Below are positions 37,327-50,702 of a stretch of 64,000 nucleotides of DNA, piece by piece. Both the position numbers and the translations under genes were made by a program. A model generated the notes under the pieces. That model was given only the letters and a program-made list of their open reading frames with translations, was not told where the DNA came from and did no database searches. Within the stretch, counting starts at the first letter, position 1. Each line of letters begins with the position of its first letter. The stretch lies in contig NW_019217787.1 in assembly GCF_002571385.2 (NCBI RefSeq), positions 1,839,896-1,903,895 of the forward strand, written 5' to 3'. The DNA is from Stylophora pistillata (lineage: Eukaryota).

Positions 37327-38212
37327 TTTTAAACTTGCAAAGTGTTTCCTTACCGAGTACTGAAAGTTGTTGGCTCTTGAGCAAGCAAATAAACATTTCC
37401 CAAAAATAATACGTTCAACATGTCGACGAGTTCAGTTCTTATTTGGAAACAGCGTCCTTACATTCCAGTCTGAAAGGCAAAATATATCCACGAATACACA
37501 GTTTAAATAGCGCCGACATTTCGTTGATCGAACGATCGAAAAGCTCGCTAACGACAACATCAACATGCTCACGCCACGCATGAGCAGACGTTTTTCATCA
37601 CTCACCCTCCACGATTGTAAATCCGCATCACGCTTCGTATCATGGTCACGCAACAAACGGTGCTGACAATCAGGAGATTATCACGCGTCACACTAAAATA
37701 AGTACACTTTTGTCAATTTTTTTTCTACAAAAAAAAATATTTTTGACTGACACCTCTGTTCGTATCAAGTGCGAGTTTTAGAAACACTTCTAAAAAGTTA
37801 AGAAACTGTAAAATGTGTACGTGACTAAAATGTCAAAACGTGTAACCCCCCTGTTGCTTTCACGTGTATGACATGATGTTGATTCATGACGATGCTGGTC
37901 GTGCGAAGTGGCAGGTAGATGCAGTGGCAGAGGATATCTGCGTGTTCTACTCGTTGAAAAATGACACATCCGACTTTAAAGTACTAAAGCTCCGATAGTG
38001 GATCTCGTATACAACCGGCAATATCATAGCCCAGATAGTGGTTCTCGTTCACAAGTGAGGTACGCACTCCTATTTCAGAGTGAAGAACGGGAAATAAAAT
38101 TATACACGAACGAAGAATTTCCTTTACTTTTGGTAAAGAGTGATCACTTCAACCGAGATCATCTCTGTCAGGCTTGGTCCATGTTTTACTCTGGGGTTTT
38201 TCTTAGAGGAAA

Positions 38213-41200
38213 ATGGAGGCGAAGGCTGACCATGTACTCCTAACATTTGTAGCTGGAGGTTAGTTTTGCGTGGTATTACTTTTGTCGCTGTTGGATCTCT
38301 TGATCTTTTGTCACAATAGATTTCTTTGCATAGCTATAATGTAAGTTGGTCCACAACTTTAATGGGTGATCAGTCGATCCCGTGTTGAATAGTCGTACAT
38401 CTGTTGGTAAACGTACTTTAACTTGCTCTGTCAAACGATTTTCAACAGAAGAGGCGTTCCCTCTTTGTCTCAGCAAATTCAGTATTTAATCAAAACAAAC
38501 ATTCGAAAGCCTGAGCTTTGTTTTCAATGAATGAATAAGTAGCCTGTTCAAGGGTCGCATGCATGCAGACGTCACCTGTTTTCTCTGTTGTATGCGGAAA
38601 AGTCCTAGAACAGGTTCTATAGGGCTGAACGAGGGAACTCGTCGAAGGACAAACAGCCCAAGAGCTCTTTCGAAAGCATAGCTTGGGTTTTTCTCTGTTC
38701 AACGCGTATAACCCAACAAATCTGTTAATGTTTTGAAAAACTTCATCGCAGTCCTACCAACACTTTCCGAAGTGAATGCTAACTATCTGCAAGCCACTGG
38801 AAATTAAAGGAAAGTAATTGTCTAACTTGTCGCCATGTTGATTTACGTGTGGTGGTTAAAGCACTGTCATACACTAAATTACACATGTACCATTTACTAT
38901 AAACAGTTAATTAATATGTGATAAAGTGAATAATTTACGTGTTTTGATTGGTTTTTGCTTACGATCTATTGGTGGGTAGCCGTATATATAATGTTACTAC
39001 AAACAGCTTCTTTGCTGCTTTTCATTTGCTCTGCCGGATATTAAAATAAGGTTAAAACAAAAGTGGCACACAAGGCGCCGCTGCGTGCAGTGTGGATTAA
39101 GCAAATAATTTCTTATTAGGGCCTCAAAAAATGGTTTCCAGATGATGTTTTGGGCTGATATTTAATCAGTACTCTGAAGATGCGTGAGCAAAGATGAAAT
39201 GTCAAGGACACCCTCCAACCAATGTTCACACTGTGCTCATCCACTTGCATCCCACATTTTTCTAAAAGATGGTGCTACTTAGATGGAACAGAGCTATTTA
39301 AATTTAATGGAAGCCCCTCTCAATAACGCTTTTCAGCAACAATAATAAATAAAAAAATATAGATAATCATAGGTGTACTGCACTGAAGGGTTAACTTGTC
39401 AGTCAAACATAATTTCCCATGAAGTCTGGACAGTTTGCATGGTCTGCATGGTTTACAGTTTGTGGTGTGCAGTAGTGCATTTTAGTATGATCGCGTTTCC
39501 TTTGCACTTTTCCAAAAAACAACATAAGTAATATTTCTATTTCTCTGTGATAGAGGAGAAATCCATTATAATCTGTCTCCTTAAAAAAAAAATGAAGGTT
39601 TTTTGATCAAATATTTATGTTGGACTTTTGTGTGTGCCCAATTCAATTACTGTTTTGTGAGGAAAGACACTGAGAAAGAAATGTCACATACCAATGTGGT
39701 GGGAAAAGGCAAAAGGATTTTTAACCCTTGCAGGGGTTCTGTCCTGGTGTACCGGTTCACAAGGGAATTACCATTGTTCTTTCTTTGTTTAGGAGTCATT
39801 GGTTAGCTGTTGTGTATTGTTCGGTCTTTTGTAACGGCTCTTGTGAACCGGTACACGAGGACAGAACCCTTGCAGGAGATACGGGGATTTGGTCTGTATC
39901 TGGAAGAATAGCAGATAGACATGGGTAGTTGGCCTCTATGTAATATTATTATTTTTAGGGAGTCAAGTTGCATAAAACCAAAACCAAAATTATTGAATCA
40001 GTCAGAACCTAAGATAAATACATGTGAATATGTCTTGTTAACTTATTCTTGTGTTTACTATACAGGATTGTCAACATGCTGTGCAAAGACATCTACAGCT
40101 CCTTTGGAAAGACTGAAAATTCTCTTCCAGGCTCAGAATGAACACTACAAGAACATGGGTAGGCTAGTTTTCTGACAAATGTATGCATACATATGATTAG
40201 AAAAGTCTGCAGTTTCAGATCTTCATGTAGTCATGATGTTTGTTACAATTACTAAGTATAAGTAATTATATGAAATTGGGTGTGAGATGTAATTGGTGCA
40301 GTGATTGTGTGTCAAGTTCTCTAGTGTGTTTTATTTTTAATAAAACCAAAATATATTTATATATTATGTGTTTTATTTTTAATAAAATCAAAATGTATTT
40401 ATATATTATGGCAGTAAACTGTACTGAAAGATAATTTGTGTTCACCTTAGTTTACTCTGCTTACAATACCATCTACAAAGATCTCCTGATGTTAAGTACA
40501 GAGAGATCTTACTGAGTGTTGACAAACTTCCTTGAGAGATAGCAGTCTGACATAAATTGCATTTTCAACTACAACTCTCTGAAAGGAAAATAATTTATAG
40601 CCCTGAACATATATATTTGTAAGATTGTATAATTAAGTCTTTTGTTTCAGGTGTATTTAGGGCTCTGAAAACCATTTACCATAAGGAAGGACCTTTGGGT
40701 TATTACAGAGGTATGCTATTATTTTATAAAGAAGTGATTAAACCTATAAGTCACAACATAGGAGTTCTCTGTCCTTGGGAACTTTTGAACTGGTTGTAAA
40801 GTTTAATTTGAGTAAGACTGGGCCTGTAAATCTCTTATGGATCTCTGGATATTTGTAAAAAAAATGGAAATGAAAATGTAGACCTCTCTAACTTTTACAT
40901 TGCTTCTTTTCTCCCTCTTTGTTGTAAATTTAGGTTCATTTACAAACTAACCAATCAACTCCATGCCCTTACATATTGTTTAAAACTCAACTCAGCTACA
41001 GGCCATTTATTTTTATTAGTAGCAATTGAATAATTACTGTTTATAAAATTAAAACCAATACTGTTAATATTCACAATTTGGAATGTTTTTCCTCTCAGGG
41101 AATGGTGCTCTTATGTTGCGGGTTTTTCCATACGGTGCTGTTCAGTTTGTATCATATGAACAGTATAAGAAGGTCAGTACATAGTCGCTTAACCCTTTAA

Positions 41201-43779
41201 CCTCCAAGATCTGAATGTTAATTCTCCCCTCTTGCTAATACATGTTTCCTTGTAAATTAGTTACAAGAAATTGATGTTAGATCAAGGTAAAAACTTCTTC
41301 TAGATTGATTGAGTATTCCTGTTGGCTGGATGATGTATGGATATTAAAGGGAGAATTAAGTTACATGTTAATCACTGTGTGATGCTTTGAGGATACTTTG
41401 TGTTAAATTTCAAATACTTACTATTCAATTTTCCAACACAGGCCTTAAACTCCTTGTATTTTAATGGTGCTTTGGGTAAGCTGCTCTCTGGATCTCTTGC
41501 AGGTATAAAGAATGGATAGTTGATCATTTGTATTTAACAGTTTTCAAATTGTTTATCAATTATGTTATAATTTTAGGTACAAACTCAGTTACTTACTCCT
41601 GGAGGTTCCCAGATTTTCAGTTCTGCTGAGTAATCATAGCTTAATTTTATAAGCATGCCAATGGGCTGTGCATAAGTTTGGCATAGGCTATTGAGGACAC
41701 TGCAGCTGTAACCTTTCCAAACCTCCTGCTACCCCTCCACCCTTTTGAAGGTCACATTATATCATCTCATCTAAAGTTAGGAACATAAATTATTGAGGAC
41801 TATCAGTGACACCAGACCAGTCACTTTGAAAATAATCAAACAATTCTGAACTTGATATAGTCAGACTATTTTTCTATTACATGCTATTCAGATTATCATT
41901 GAATGTTATTATCAGTTGTTTTTAAAACATTTCCCTATCCCTTCTCTCACCAGGTATTACAGCTTGTTCACTGACCTATCCCTTGGATGTTGTACGTTCA
42001 CGCCTGGCATTTCAAGTGGCTGATGAAGAAATTTACTGTGGAATATGTCATGTAATTCGCCAGATTATCACCACAGAGGGAGGGTTTGCAGCTCTTTACA
42101 GAGGTTATGCAGCTACAGCTCTTTCAATGATTCCAGCTGTTGGTAAGTCAACATGGTGGTCTTACAAAACTACAAACTAACATGTTGCTCTGTTTTTGAA
42201 CTATAATTACTGTTAGGAGAATATGCCTTTTCTCCTTCTGTGGATGCTATGGAAGTTTTACTATAAACCTGAAATTTGTTGCATAGCATCCAAAGCCAAT
42301 TTGAAGTATTATGTTAAATTAATGGGTAGTTAAGTTTCAAAAGTAATGGACATGATAACAGTGTCTAGTTATCCAGAGCAGACTGCTCTTGCTCTTGATT
42401 CTTCATTCATCAGAATTGATTCAAAAGAAATAAATTGAAATAAATGGAATCAGATAAACACATAGTGTTTGGTCACATAGCCTTCCCAACCTTTACGACA
42501 TTACTGGGGATTAGAGACGATATTACACGTGCAATGCGTCACGGCAAAGTAACTCTCATGATTCTTGCAGACTACTCGAAAGCTTTTGACACTGTGAACT
42601 TCAAGTCAGTTATTTATAAAATGCACTCAATAGGTTTTTCAAAGGATTTTCTAACCTGGATGACCTCCTATCTTACGGGCAGACAATAGTATGTAATGAT
42701 AGATGACAAGTGTTCTCAGCAGTTGGAGACGTGCTTCGGCGTCCCTCAAGGATCAATCTTAGGACCGTTAATTTTCAATATCTATGTAGCAGACCTCCAG
42801 AAAACGTTGAGTTGCAAATGCTTTCAATATGCGGATGCAATACCACGTTGCTTCACCACTCAAAGCCGCATGAAATAGAGGTGTGCATAAAGGATGCTAA
42901 TCAGACAATAAGAAGCCTGAGCAGTTACTCTGAATCGTCCAATTTGGCATTGAATTCAGAAAAAATGAAATGGATGCTTCTCTCTACAAGACAATTGGCG
43001 CACGCACACTCTTTAAATGATTTTTCTGCAGATGTATACTGCAGTGACACTAAACTTGAGAAAGTCTCAAGCACCAAGCTTTTGGGCGTTTATCTGGATC
43101 AGNATCTAACATGGCAAGAACACATAACGAATCTGTTGTCATCGTGTTACCGTGCTTTAGCAGTACTACGGAAACTAAAAAACTTCGCACCATACCACAT
43201 AAGGAAACAACTGGTGGAAAGTCTTATATTCTCTAAACTGGATTATTGGGTTTAGTCCTCTCCCAGAGTACCAGACCAAACGCCTTCGAAGAGTACAGAA
43301 CATGTGTGCGGGTTTTGTGTTAACTAAATTTTCTGGACTCCAGGATGTTAGAAAGCTAGGTTGGCTCACAATCAAAGAGCGTTTAGAATTTAATATAGCC
43401 AAGCTAGCGCACAAGTCATTATACAATGAGGACTTTCCACTAAAACTCAAGCAACACGTCGTAAATAGATATAGTCTTAGGTCATTAGCTGCACCAAAAT
43501 TAGAACTTGCCTACAAAATTGATAACAGCACTCTACAAGATCAATTAAGCTGCAGAGGCTTTTAATAAGGTTCCTGCGGAGCTAAGGAATTGCAGTGACC
43601 ATGCACTTTTTTGTATAAATCTTAAGAGACACATACTGACATGCAATAGATAATCCAGACTAAGTATAGTTTTTATTATTCACTACTTTATCAATTTTCA
43701 TTTATTGTAAGTATTATGTATATAGTTAGTTTTTATATTAGTAGCGAAGAGCCACTATGTGGAAGTATGCTAATAAAGG

Positions 43780-43815
<36 letters not shown>

Positions 43816-44925
43816 GTATACACTTGTGCCAATGCTCCGAAAACTGGTAAATTTGTTGCTTATTGAGATTCTGTAAGTCAGACCCTGACCTTAAGTGTGA
43901 TCCCCTTGACAAATCATTTGTGATTGCATTTCTGACATTTGCTGCATTTTTTGTACTGTTTCCTTTCTAAAAAACTCAGCAGGTACAAATTCTGCCTTAT
44001 TTTGATTTTAATTCAATGGATTATTGACTGTATACTATACCTATTTAAATTTTTTTTTATTAATTGTTTTACAGGATTTGGGTTTTTCACATATGAGAGT
44101 ATCAAAGACTTCATACTTTCAATGAGCGGCCCTTTGACAAAGAAAAACCGAGAGGGTCAAGTAGTTCTAACACCAGTTGGAGGGCTGTTGTGGGGTGCAG
44201 TTGCTGGTGCCTCTTCACAGACAGTGGCGTAAGTTTTAACCTTCTTGTTCACAACAGTTACTATATATTAGTTACTTAGCATGTCACGCACAGAAACCAC
44301 TTGGATTTAAAATTATTCCTGGGCTGAATAACTTTAGTGAAAAAAAGAAAAGTCACCAGTATTTGTGGTTACCTTATCTATCTTACTTTCTTCATAAATG
44401 AATTTCCATATGTTGTCTGCAGATATCCTCTAGATGTTGTTAGACGACGAATGCAGCTTGCTGGTGCAGTGTCTGATGGCTACAAATACAGGTAATGGAA
44501 AACCATATTGTGAGAAAATCTGCAATAACTAGAATCGAGTAATTACAACTTTTAATAGGAAATGGTTTTAAATGGTTATCAGTTTGAAATAATAGCTCTT
44601 ACAAGGGTTAATTTCTCAAAACATGCTTCAATCCTCCAAGAGTAAACTATTTTCCAACTTGTTAGACTGATATTGGATAATAATATTTTAAGTCCAAACG
44701 TTTCATGTTCTGAAGTTGTTCAAAGTATTCTAACTATTTTTTTGTAGTGGTTGCATAAACACTTTTGTGACAGTCTATTTGGAAGATGGTGTGAGAAAAG
44801 GCTTGTATCGTGGCTTGTCAATCAACTACTTGCGGGTCATACCACAGGTGGCTGTCATGTTGAGTGTTTATGAGCTTACAAAGCAGTTTCTCAGTACCGA
44901 CATGACCACTGTGAGGAGTGAGTGA
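38213..44925 (+). CDS. SLC25A16: Mitochondrial carrier SLC25A16 (Graves disease carrier / CoA carrier family), ~307 aa
   Basis: Exons 38213-38258, 40066-40158, 40651-40710, 41099-41172, 41442-41502, 41954-42142, 44075-44228, 44423-44491 and 44748-44925 join in frame (924 nt). Three Px(D/E)xx(K/R) carrier motifs (APLERLK, YPLDVVR, YPLDVVRRRMQL). CCAKTSTAPLERLKILFQAQNEHYKNMGVF...RGNGALMLRVFPYGAVQF and GLYRGLSINYLR are SLC25A16-like. Confidence 0.9.
39729..39874. repeat. Hairpin/MITE with ~40-bp inverted arms in SLC25A16 intron 1
   Basis: tgcaggggttctgtcctggtgtaccggttcacaag pairs with cttgtgaaccggtacacgaggacagaacccttgca. Confidence 0.75.
41189..41375. mobile_element. TTAA-CCC-ended MITE family copy (related copy in opposite orientation at ~62888-63090)
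   Basis: Starts ttaaccctttaacctccaagatctg and shares tttccttgtaaattagttacaa (41245-41266) with its reverse complement at 63013-63034. Similar old elements lie near 19.2-19.4, 31.2-31.4, 57.3-57.5 and 63.4-63.65 kb. Confidence 0.6.
42490..43815 (+). mobile_element. 5'-truncated, decayed CR1/L2-group LINE (reverse transcriptase) in SLC25A16 intron 6
   Basis: RT motifs DYSKAFDTV, W..SYLTGRQ, GVPQGSILGPLIFNIYV, a disrupted YADD and KLLGVYLD..LTW..HI. Stop at 42687 and frameshifts near 42840 and 43250. The 3' end has a ccac-tat-gtgg hairpin, aataaa and an (ATT)n tail at ~43782-43815. Confidence 0.9.
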
Positions 44926-45518
44926 TCTACTGTCAATCAGCAAACATGGAGACTTCTGTGACATCTGTTCAACACCTCAACTAAATACAGAATACTCGTC
45001 ACTGATAAACATGCAAAGTAAAAGCAGAAGTTGCATAATCCTTCAGCATGACAACTATTGAGAGAAAATAATGTATCTGTTGGTAAGAAGATTTGGATTC
45101 AGAAGCAGCAGTCATGCATGTACTGTATGAACTAGGCATTTACAGCTGCACCACATTGTACCTCAGAAAGTTAATTGTTATAATCTTATCATTACAATCA
45201 ATTCACTCTCAAGACAGTACAAAGAACTGAAAGTAATAGTAACCAGAATGAAAAATAACTAATTTTACTCAATGTGTTATTGATCATACTGTGGGATACA
45301 TGGATGCTGACATGCATAATTGTCAGGACATTGCCCCTGCAATTTCATACTTAGGTGTGTGTTCTTGGACATGAACAATCTTTTGAAGTACAGAGGGCTT
45401 GAACCAGCATAGGGTAACTTGTGATTGACTTCTTTCCCATTTGCTTGGAAAAGTAATACTCTAAGCCACTGTTACATGCTTCAGCCTGCAGCTCAAAAAT
45501 AGCATTCACTCGATCAGA

Positions 45519-46161
45519 TTAAAGTGCACCTAAACCCAAAAAATTTTTTTCACTTAACGAAATAAGTGTATTTTTTGGAGTATTTCTGTGCAAAACTTTT
45601 TTTATTTGCACAAATCTTCTATTTTCTGTGCCCAGTCATAAGGAAAATCGGCCGCCATCTTGCCCCACGACCGAGTTTAAAGAGGAATGGCTCTAGCGGG
45701 TAAGGTGACATCAAATCAGGAACACGAAAGTCTTCATTTCACACATTTTCACTTGTTTGGGAAGGTTGTCGTCGATATTGTCCGAAATATGCCGACTAGG
45801 TGTGTTGTATGAGGAATGTATGAAGCGCAATACCCTCTTGCAAATTTCGCACGTGGCTACATCCTTCTACAACACACTTAGTCGGCATATTTTCTGACAA
45901 TATTGACTACAACCTTCCCATACAAGTTAAAATGTGTGAAATGAAGACTTTCGTGTTCTTGATTTGACGTCACATTACCTGCTAGAGCCATTTCTCTTTA
46001 AACTCGGTTGTGGGGCAAGATGGCGGCCGATTTTCCGTATTTTGACTGGGCACAGAAAATTAAAGATTTGAGCAAATTAAAAACTTTTTGCACAGAAATA
46101 CTCCAAAAAATAAGCTTATTTCGTTAAGCGAAAAAAATTTTTGGGTTTAGGTGCACTTTAA
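45519..46161. mobile_element. Almost wholly palindromic 635-bp MITE with TTAA TSD and AG...CT ends (Kolobok-type)
   Basis: TTAA|agtgcacctaaacccaaaaaatttttt ... aaaaaatttttgggtttaggtgcact|TTAA. The arms stay complementary for ~290 bp around a short spacer near 45815-45865. Confidence 0.85.
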
Positions 46162-49100
46162 AGTCATGATCACTGAGTGATGTAAAAGGATAATTAAAAA
46201 AATAAATACAACTAATACAGATAAGCTACTATTTTGAATTCATTAAATAACATTAAAGTAATATTTTAGGTAAATTTGGAAGTCTTGCATTCTCAATAGT
46301 CCTTAACCTAACAGGCCCAAGGCCATATTTTAAAATCAAAGAGAGAAGCAGGTCCTGGCACTTCCTAAAACCAGTCTAAATTGTTTCTTTTGCAGATAGT
46401 TTTATTGTATAGTTTTCAAAACTTTTGAAACCCTGTCTTGAATGAAAACAGAACAGCTTTATGGGCCTGTTAAGTTACCAGGACTTCTGAGAAACAGGCC
46501 TTTGGCCCACTAATGAAATATACCCAGTATATCTCCTTTTTTTTTCTCTCTGACTTTGTCCATGTCTTGGTGAATGACACAGTTGCAGGGATATAATTAT
46601 GCCATGCAGTGGTCAGTGATTCTGGATGGAGAGGGCTGGGGCATGGGGAATTTGAACCACAACTGTTACCTCTTTGCAGAATAAACATGTTTAATCTTTT
46701 AATATGGAGGTATTTAGAGGTAAAAAGTTTACTTTTGTGAGCATATGGCCTAGAAGGAAAGGTCTATAAGAATGAATCAATAGCTAGTCTTGTGTTCAAT
46801 AAAAGAAAAAAAGGATGATCACATCTGGAATTTGGAACTTTGGCACAGGGGGGAATTTGAATGGACTGAACTGGGGAAAGCTGGGGGAAAGTTGAAGCAT
46901 CAAATTGATCAATGCACCAAGATCATTCAAACTCTGGCCTTTTCTGTGGCATACATGTCTAAAGTGAGGAATATCACTCATCTGGAATACCCTGCTAAGT
47001 TAGATCTCAAGGCAATAGTGTTATTACTGAATAAACATATACCAGGCAACACCAAATTAACAACCTGTTCAAGCTTACTGGTCCAAAAAGCCAACCTTAA
47101 AGGATGCCTTCCCTTTTTAAAACTTGAGGCCCCAAACACGATACTTTGTCAGGCAGGAAACCCAACGCAGCTTTTCATTTAAGAGAACAAAAAAACCTTC
47201 TGTAGTGGGAAATCCCGCCGAATCACATGTTCAAATCTTTATTTTTTCACTGTTACTCTTTTCTTTACCCCACTCGGGTTAAATTACAACATGCAAAGAA
47301 CTGAAACATGAATTGATTTTCATATTTAATAACTAATTTTGAGACTCACAACAATAGTTAGGAACCTAGGTACTTTCATATAATTATCCTCTCTTAAATA
47401 CATTACATTTAATAGATTCTTGATTTACTGGTAAATTGCTCTTAATATACATGTTAAAGGCAATGACTTTTTTTGGACTATGGGCACCCAGAAAAACAAT
47501 GTCATCTGAAACGGAGACAAAATTAGGTCAGGCAGAAATTTTCTTTATATGGAATGCATTTCTGAACATAACTGATGTCAGGTGTTAAAAACAATAAGGT
47601 GACTCCTTCAGATTAAACAGAACGGTATGTAGTGATATGCAAAAGTTGCTGTGAAGCTGATAAAAGACCCCTGAATGATCAGGAGAAGAATGACTGTAAG
47701 CTAGCAGACATAAATGATTCAAATGACGGAATTCCTCTGTTAATGTCCACATGAGGGCAGAAACGAGAGGGCAGCAACAAAATGCTGCCTACCATTAACC
47801 CCTAAATGAGGAAATCAGAAGAGACAAAATGACAAATGCATTGTGAATGAAAATTGGTAAACAATAATATACAGTACAAATAGAGAACATTTCAAGTTGG
47901 ATTGAAAGGTTATGAAAAAGTAGAATTAAATCTGACAGCCTACAGGCCCACATACCCATCCCCTCTTCCTTTGTCAAAATGGGCCAGTCCATTAATTTAT
48001 GACTGTATAATAAAAATAATTATAATTCACAATAGTTGAGAAGGATCACCAAAAAGCTATCCTACTTATCTCAGTAAAAATGGATAAAAATGTATGTACA
48101 GAAGTCTGTAAACTGAGCATGTCTAAAGTTCATTTTACATCCCCTGTATTTTCTTTAAAGAAAGGAACTTCAGAATTAGGTAAAATTAATTGGAACAGCC
48201 TACATAAGCACTGTCAAATTAAAAAATATTTGAATTTAGAAACTGAAATGATAACTGTATTTGTTGTTTTTTTGTTTTGTTTTGTTCTGAAGCTGCTAAA
48301 GCAAGGAACTTTTAAAGATAGGCAATGCAATATCAGATCAATAATTAATTATACATTTTCTCCCAGTGCATGTTTATGAAAATGGTCTTTGGGAGTAAAA
48401 AGAAACCTGTTTTAAGGAAATTCCAACAGAAGGGGATCCTGACCTAATTCAACTTAGTCCTATCCTGGCCCATTCTTTGTACGTGAGATGTATCTCCATA
48501 GTACAAGTCTTTGGAAAACTCTCCCTTAACTATAGTTTTCTAGATACTAAATATGAAACCTTATTGTAAACAAATACCTTACCTGAGGCTTTCCAGGAAA
48601 ATAAATTTAGCCAGTTAAAATCAGGTACATACTCTGTCCGCAAAGATAACATTTACTGGAGACCATTTATAAGGAATGTAATTCAAAATTTAGAAAAAAA
48701 TTATATTTTTTTTAAGAGGAAACCCAAACATAAAGTGCATAGTGAGGGTGAAGGCCCTCATAATTAGAAGCATCATTATGAAAAGCAGATCGCTTAATGA
48801 TTATTTTTAAATATACATTAAGACCATAAAAATTATGTAGCCTGTTCATAAAATGAGAAAGGTCCCTACAAAGGAAACTTTGTCATTTTATGAACAGGCT
48901 ACATAAAACATTTCAGCAATAAAAAACAAAACAAAAAGAGAGTTCATTAAAACTAAAACTTTCAGCGTCATCTTGACACCATTATGAAGAAAATAATTAT
49001 TATATTCTAGGATAATAAGTTCATCTGATAGAGTTACATAAATCAACATTAGGCATGTTATCTTTGTTAATGTTTCTTCATTCACTTAACTCTATTGCAT

Positions 49101-49816
49101 GTTTTTAAATTGGTGATTTTAAACTAGATTTAATGCAACAATGCGAAACAAGCATCCCTTAGGCAGGGAGTGAATGCTTTAACTTTGTCCTATTGAAATT
49201 AAAATATCTATGCAAAGATTCTCAAATTCTGTTTGTTGATGTTTTCTCAATACTGTCAAGACCTGCTTTTGTCCCACTTGTAAGGAAGAGAAAAATTAAA
49301 ATTGACAAATCATAAATAAGCTATATTTAACTAATATCTTTGATTGTACATTAAATAAGATATATTTCTTACTTCTGACAATTCACCTGAAAATTCATCA
49401 GATGCAATATAAACAAAAGATCAAATCTGCATAAAAATTCAATAATTTTTTTTTGATTTAATTAAACCACGCCAGTCACCACCAATTCAAAGTTCATCTA
49501 GAATAATACCTAACTTAGTAAATGGGTGGAGACAATCAGCCTATATGCCATAATATGCAAGTTACTGATGCCCAGTACCAAATGCAACATGTAGCCAGTT
49601 ATTAAGATGACTACCAAAGATTTACAACAGCACAGGCACTGCACAATGCGGATTACTAGGTGAGCTATTAATCTGACATGTTTTCATTCTTACTCTTCAT
49701 CACTGTGTTAAATAATTTACCAAAGCCTCTGTAACACTTCACATTTCAAATAAAATAAAATTTAGTTAATAAAAAAACCAAGTAGCATTGCTCAACCAAA
49801 TGATCATCTCCATACA

Positions 49817-50636
49817 TAGTGCTCGAAATTAGCGGTTGCCCGAGACAACACTAAAACTTCGTTCGGGCGACCAGATTTCAGGAAAAATAAAGGCAGGAAA
49901 AAATCGAAGTACTTGCATTACTGTGATGCCTAACAGAATAAAGAACAAAAGCTATAAACTTGAGACATGAAAATAGCCTAAAATGTGAGGTTTATCTTCT
50001 GATACTGATAGATGGATCCACACAGGAAGGTTGTGATAATTCATTAACGCCGTTCGCTCGATTCAATAAGCAAGGATAGGCTGATACCAGCAACGCATAC
50101 AGTATCGATTCTTTCGATACTGCACTACCAGCCCTTAATCTCCCGAGACTAACCGTTGACAAGTAGCCGAAAGGGATGGTGAATGGGCGCATTTGGGTCG
50201 TCTATTTGTGTGCCACATAGGATTGCAGCAGTGTACCGGTCAAAGTGGCGGTTTCTTCCATTCTCTAGTACAACATTTCACTGTGAAATAGGACCCGATT
50301 TTAGAAACTGCACATGTAAAGTCACTCAGCACAACAGCAACAAAATCGCAACCCACAACAAGCCACCATTCGAAGGAGGGCACTTATTAGAGCAAGGGCG
50401 CTTATTCGAGAGAATAATTATGGTTATACCGCTACAGAACTAAAGTTATTACTGTTACCATTAAAAGGTGAAACACCAATGAAAAGAAAGAAAGTGAGAA
50501 AGAAACATTAAAAAAAATTTTAAAAAAAGACGAGATCGGGCAACCAAGTTCTCACCAGGGTAACCAAAGCTAGGGGCTTGGTTGTCCAGCATTTGCCCTA
50601 AGGGCAACCTGGATTTTTTCCTAATTTCGAGCACTG
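49817..50636. mobile_element. ~820-bp non-autonomous DNA transposon just downstream of the SNX stop codon
   Basis: TIRs (t)agtgctcgaaattag / ctaatttcgagcact(g); subterminal ttgccc/gggcaa motifs; taca directly repeated on both sides (49813-49816 and 50637-50640). Confidence 0.7.
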
Positions 50637-50702
50637 TACACAGCGAAGGGGTCTTAACTATTTGTTCCTCCAATACTATACTAAGTTTTACATCACAAGT
50701 TA

